DNA of 64,000 nucleotides from an uncultured cyanobacterium (GTDB lineage: Bacteria; Cyanobacteriota; Cyanobacteriia; CAKZMO01). Positions 59,640 to 64,000 of the stretch are shown one piece after another. The notes below the pieces were generated by a model, which was not told the origin of the DNA, did not search any database, and worked only from the letters and a program-made list of their open reading frames with translations. A program made the position numbers and the translations under genes. The stretch lies in assembly GCA_963719515.1 (NCBI GenBank), contig CAVRCJ010000011.1, positions 96,001-160,000 on the forward strand. Reading direction: 5' to 3'. How positions within the stretch are numbered: the first letter of the stretch is position 1; each line of letters begins with the position of its first letter.

Positions 59640-61145
59640 TTAAGGAGACTCGACCGTCGTCGCATCGGCGATCGCGGCAGAGCCCTCTTTCGGTCCGACA
59701 AGAACGTAGGTCGTCATCAAACCTTTGCCTTTTACAGCAACATCACGCCGGGGGCTGAATCGATACTGACTTCGGAGTCGCTCGTAGGTGGCGGCGCTCA
59801 CCTGAATGGCCCCGGCAATTCCATGGGACTCCATACGGCTGGCGAGATTAACCGTATCACCCCAGAGATCGTAGATAAATTTCTTAGTGCCAATCACGCC
59901 GGCTGTCACAGGTCCAGTATTAATGCCAATGCGCAGTTCAAGCGCTTCACCCGTTTCCGCTCGCAGTCGCTTAACCTCTCGCTGCATGGCTAGGGCCAGT
60001 TCTGCGATCGCCTCAGCATGGTCTGAGCGCTCCATTGGGAGCCCGCCTACAACCATGTAGGCATCGCCAATAGTCTTAATTTTTTCTAGCCCAAAGCGCT
60101 CAGTGAGCTGGTCAAACGCCGAGAAAACGACGTTAAGCAGCTGCACTAGATCGTTGGGCGGTAGTCGCTCTGCCAGCTGAGTAAACTCGACCAGATCGGC
60201 AAACAGAACCGTGGCGTCCGCAAAGCCATCAGCGATATCCCGCTGCCCTGCTTTGAGCCGGGTAGCAATGGGGGGCGGCAAGATATTGAGCAACAGCTGC
60301 TCGGACTTACGCCGCTCTTGGTCGAGCTGCTGGTTCGTTTTCCTGAGGGCAGCGGTGCGATCCTGCACTCGCTGCTCTAGCTCGCGGGAGATATGTTTCA
60401 GCCGTCCGATTACCAGCGTCAGCCCCAGCACTGCCAGTCCAAACAAAATGACCAGCGTAATGCTGGTGCTCTTAATCCGGCGGCGGGCCTGCTGCGTAAA
60501 GTCTGCAACCGGGGTAATAATTTCCAGGACGCCCCGTACATCTCCCACTGTCCACCCTTTTTGAGGGCTGTCGGGGTGGGTGTTGTGGCACTCCACGCAG
60601 CTGGGCTGGAGCACGTCGGCAACGGCGTATCGAATCGAGCGCTCTCCCTGGAAAGTCTCAAATCGAATAAAAGGCTCGTCTGGAGACTGCTGCAGGGTTT
60701 GGAGAGCGATGCGCTCGAAATCATCGTGGGCTCCGCCGTCTTCTCTCCAGGGAAAGGGAAGGTCGCTGTAGAGCCGGACCGTGGTCATTTCAGTTTGCGT
60801 GGTCAACTGATGACTGAGGTCGATTAAAAAAGTGGCTGGAACTGGAATGGAGTGAGGTTTTTTCGTGAGGTCATGGTGAATCTCCACGCCGTCGACATCC
60901 CGCAGGGGGGCGATGATGCGATCGCTGTAGAAGGTGCGGGCCTCCTGAAGCGCTTGAACGTAGAGCCGCGAGCTTTGAGTGGCCTGAGATTCCATCAGCG
61001 TTGTGGAGAGGCGAGCCATATTCCACAGCGCGGCGATGGAACCGGCCAGCAGCAGCAGCGTCAGCAGCAGAATGGTCCGGCGGTACAGCAGCCGCGTTAG
61101 GGCTCGAACAATGGGGTTTTGCCGCAGCGAGATCGGAGATACCAT
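59640..61145 (-). CDS. Membrane class III adenylate/guanylate cyclase with a DUF3365 (Tll0287-like) heme-c sensor
   Basis: CVECH between two TMs; LFADLV.FT, KIKTIGDAYM, YDLWGDTVN.ASRMES. Confidence 0.92.
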   Translation of the reverse strand: MVSPISLRQNPIVRALTRLLYRRTILLLTLLLLAGSIAALWNMARLSTTLMESQATQSSRLYVQALQEARTFYSDRIIAPLRDVDGVEIHHDLTKKPHSIPVPATFLIDLSHQLTTQTEMTTVRLYSDLPFPWREDGGAHDDFERIALQTLQQSPDEPFIRFETFQGERSIRYAVADVLQPSCVECHNTHPDSPQKGWTVGDVRGVLEIITPVADFTQQARRRIKSTSITLVILFGLAVLGLTLVIGRLKHISRELEQRVQDRTAALRKTNQQLDQERRKSEQLLLNILPPPIATRLKAGQRDIADGFADATVLFADLVEFTQLAERLPPNDLVQLLNVVFSAFDQLTERFGLEKIKTIGDAYMVVGGLPMERSDHAEAIAELALAMQREVKRLRAETGEALELRIGINTGPVTAGVIGTKKFIYDLWGDTVNLASRMESHGIAGAIQVSAATYERLRSQYRFSPRRDVAVKGKGLMTTYVLVGPKEGSAAIADATTVESP

Positions 61146-61527
61146 GATTTAAGGGGTGCGCTAGTCACAAGCAGGGGAAACCATAGGCAAACGCAGTCGC
61201 GCGAGCAGAGGCAGGCAGTCGAATCGTCGGGGGTGACGGCTCGATGGGCGGGCCTGAACGCGGTTTGCTGGACATAGCGCTTGCTGGCGTGACGAACAGC
61301 ATGCGATAAAAGTTCCAACAATACTTATCTCTACAAGCACTGTGCCTGCAATTTAGGAAACGTTTACAAAAAAAAGGAAAAGTAGCTCGCTCCCCTCAGT
61401 CCTTCTGGCGGCTTCACAGCACAGTTGCGGATAGCCTCACTAAATAACCCAATCTGTAAGACCCAATCTGTAAGACCCAGCATCGCCAGTTTTGCCCGCT
61501 CTCACTCACCCCTTGGAACTAACCTCT

Positions 61528-63051
61528 ATGACGGATGCAGACGCCATTATTATCGGCAGCGGCATTGGCGGACTGGTAGCTGGATCCCTGCTAGCCCGCT
61601 ACGGCTGGCGTGTTCTTATTTGCGAGAGCCACAGCATTGCTGGCGGCGCAGCCCACAGCTTTTCCCGCCAGGGGTTCCACTTTGACTCAGGGCCGTCTTT
61701 CTACTGTGGGTTAGGCACCGAGCCCAAAACGGGCAGCGGCTCTCTTAACCCCCTGCGCCAGGTGCTTGACGCCCTAGAGGTCGAGCTGCCCACGGTGGCC
61801 TACGACCCCATGGGGCACTATCACTTTCCCGACGGGACGCTGCCGGTCTATGGCAATAGCGATCGCTACCGCCAGGCTGTCGCTCAGTTTACGCCCTCAG
61901 GAGCCCAAGAGCTGGCCGCTTTCGAGTCTCGTCTGCTGAAGCTTTACGACGCCCTGCGGCCTATCCCAACCCTAGCGCTGCGCGCTGACCTGAAGGCGCT
62001 GCCGCTGCTGGTGGGGCGCTACGGGGGCTCACTGCTGAAGCTACTGCCCCAGCTATCCGTTATTCAGGGCTCCGTTGGAGACATCTTGGATCAAACGGTC
62101 CAGGACCCCTGGGTACGACGACTGATCGACCTAGAGTGCTTTTTGCTTTCAGGCCTAACCGCTAGCGGCACCGTTGCCCCAGAAGTGGCATTTATGTTTG
62201 GTGAGCGTACTCACTCGGTGATCGATTACCCCCTCGGGGGCAGCGGAGCCATCGTTACCGCGCTGGTTAAAGGGCTAGAGCGCTGGGGCGGAGAGCTGCG
62301 GCTCAATAGTCCCGTCGAGCGGGTGGTGGTGGAAGCCGGCCAGGCCACAGGCGTCCTGCTGCAGGGAGGGCGTCGCCTGAGCGCCCCGGTCGTCATTTCC
62401 AACGCCACAGTGTGGGACACCTACGGTCAGCTTCTAGCGCCAGAAGACCTCCCCCCGGCCTTCCGCCAGCGATCGCTGCAGACTCCGGCGGTCCATAGCT
62501 TCATGCATCTCCACCTTGGCCTACGCGCCGAGGGCCTAGAGGGGCTAACCGGCCACCACGTCGTGGTGCACGATAGTGACCTTACCCAGCCGGGCCACAC
62601 CTGCATGATTTCCATCCCGTCGGTGTGGGACCAGAGCCTCGCGCCTGAAGGGCACCACGTCGTCCATGCCTATACCCTAGAGCCCTATGCCGGCTGGCGG
62701 CGGGACGATGACTACCCCATGCGCAAACGACAGCGGGCTGAACCGCTGTTTCGTGCCCTAGAGCGGGTGATTCCGGACGTGCGATCGCGTATTGCCTTAG
62801 AGCTGATCGGCACCCCCCTCACCCACGCCCACTACCTGCGCCGCCACCAGGGAACCTACGGACCGGCGATCGCCGCCCAGGACGGGCTGTTCCCCAATCA
62901 CCGCACCCCGGTAAGCGGCCTCTACCGTGTAGGAGACAGCACCCTACCCGGCATCGGCGTCCCCGCTGTGGCGGCGTCCGGCATTCTGTGCGCCAACACT
63001 TTGGTGTCGCCTCGGCAGACCAAAACGCTGTTAGAGGCCTTGGCGCTCTAG
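61528..63051 (+). CDS. FAD-dependent oxidoreductase, phytoene desaturase/carotenoid isomerase-like
   Basis: IIGSGIGG, FDSGPS, GTPLTH, GDST.PGIGVPAV. Confidence 0.88.
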   Translation: MTDADAIIIGSGIGGLVAGSLLARYGWRVLICESHSIAGGAAHSFSRQGFHFDSGPSFYCGLGTEPKTGSGSLNPLRQVLDALEVELPTVAYDPMGHYHFPDGTLPVYGNSDRYRQAVAQFTPSGAQELAAFESRLLKLYDALRPIPTLALRADLKALPLLVGRYGGSLLKLLPQLSVIQGSVGDILDQTVQDPWVRRLIDLECFLLSGLTASGTVAPEVAFMFGERTHSVIDYPLGGSGAIVTALVKGLERWGGELRLNSPVERVVVEAGQATGVLLQGGRRLSAPVVISNATVWDTYGQLLAPEDLPPAFRQRSLQTPAVHSFMHLHLGLRAEGLEGLTGHHVVVHDSDLTQPGHTCMISIPSVWDQSLAPEGHHVVHAYTLEPYAGWRRDDDYPMRKRQRAEPLFRALERVIPDVRSRIALELIGTPLTHAHYLRRHQGTYGPAIAAQDGLFPNHRTPVSGLYRVGDSTLPGIGVPAVAASGILCANTLVSPRQTKTLLEALAL

Positions 63052-63102
63052 CCCGCGACGCGAATTTACCCAAGCCATGGCCCAAATTGATGGCCCAAAT
63101 TT

Positions 63103-64000
63103 ATGGACAGCATCACCTCAATTCGCGGTGAGCTAGCAGCTCTTACCGCCGCCTTACTCTGGGCCCTTTCCTCTACGGTCTACGCTGGCATCGGCCGACA
63201 GATTCCGCCGCTGACGCTCAATTTACTCAAAGGGCTGGCCGCTATTGGCTTTACGCTGCTGACGCTGGCTGGCCGACAAGAGCCCCCTCAGCTGAGCGCC
63301 GCTTCGGTTGGTTTACTCGCCCTGAGTGGAGCGATCGGGATCGGCTTTGGGGATACGGCTTTTTTCGAGAGCCTAAATTGTCTAGGAGTCCGGCGGGGGC
63401 TGTTGCTAGAGGCCCTGGCCCCGCCCCTCTCGGCCCTCATCGCCTGGCTCACCCTAGGAGAACAGCTGCCGCCCGTCGCTTACCTAGGCATTTTGCTCAC
63501 CGTCGGCGGCGTCGCCTGGGTGATCGCTGAGCGCACCCTGCCTCGCCCTGACAAAGCCGCCTCTAGAGGGAGCCACAGTCCCCTAGAGCCCCTGCTAGGC
63601 CGAGGGGTCATCTGGGGCAGTCTTGCCGCCCTCGCCCAGGCCAGCGGCGCGGTGCTCTCGCGGGCCGCCCTTGCGGACACCCCCGTCTCGCCCCTCTGGA
63701 GCAGCTTAATTCGCATTGTGGCAGGCTGCGCCGTCTTGATCTTGTGGCTTGCTGCCCGCCCTCAGCCAGATCGGCTCAAGGGGCTGCCACTGCGTTTGGT
63801 GCTGCTGGTCGCGGCCACTGCCTTCGCCAGCACCTTCCTAGCCATCTGGCTGCAGCAAACGTCGCTCAAATATGCCGCCACCGGCATTGCCCAAGCCATC
63901 GGCGCAACTAGCCCCCTATTTGCCATTCCCATTGCCCTGGTGCTGGGCGATCGCGTCAGCACCAGGGCTATTCTGGGCGCTTCGATAGCCCTCATCGGTA
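63103..64000 (+). CDS. EamA/DMT family transporter, runs off window
   Basis: Manual translation MDSITSIRGELAALTAALLWA...LSGAIGIGFGDTAFF...TSPLFAIP; multi-TM. Confidence 0.85.
   Translation, partial: MDSITSIRGELAALTAALLWALSSTVYAGIGRQIPPLTLNLLKGLAAIGFTLLTLAGRQEPPQLSAASVGLLALSGAIGIGFGDTAFFESLNCLGVRRGLLLEALAPPLSALIAWLTLGEQLPPVAYLGILLTVGGVAWVIAERTLPRPDKAASRGSHSPLEPLLGRGVIWGSLAALAQASGAVLSRAALADTPVSPLWSSLIRIVAGCAVLILWLAARPQPDRLKGLPLRLVLLVAATAFASTFLAIWLQQTSLKYAATGIAQAIGATSPLFAIPIALVLGDRVSTRAILGASIALIG

Larger units (their letters stand above)
1..64000. repeat. HIP1 octamer GCGATCGC dispersed throughout
   Basis: Very frequent in genes and intergenic DNA (e.g. ~389, ~8289, 49335); established cyanobacterial signature. 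Confidence 0.95.

Overview
GC-rich cyanobacterial chromosomal window (dense HIP1 GCGATCGC, ndhAIGE, ctaAB, NtcA box). It is mostly housekeeping: mrp, ftsH, glyS, Na+/H+ antiporter, ctaA/B, rsmH, ndhH, dnaG, def, a two-component cluster, pyrR, fni, nadK-ndhEGIA, tolC, ffh and a heme-c adenylate cyclase. Accessory highlights: (1) a glyS-linked island encoding a disrupted CHAT protease-TIR-AAA_35 protein coupled to an AAA_35-TM-coiled-coil-WD40 protein with 16 near-identical WD40 repeats that vary mainly at four codons (NLR/HET-E-like); (2) an overlapping cysteate synthase + GH3 acyl-amido synthetase pair near a desaturase, a candidate N-acyl-cysteate/sulfonolipid pathway; (3) two inverted ~390-nt non-coding IS200/IS605 derivatives with their own promoter and a structured omegaRNA-like body, a tnpB element with the same end grammar broken by a 47-nt insertion, and an orphan right end; (4) features missing from the ORF track: a glutamine riboswitch + NtcA box + DUF4278 peptide, a structured leader before a small ORF, a candidate ~50-nt sRNA, and a mosaic relic of WD40/glyS fragments. 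All calls come from motif recognition and manual alignment; no database searches were run.
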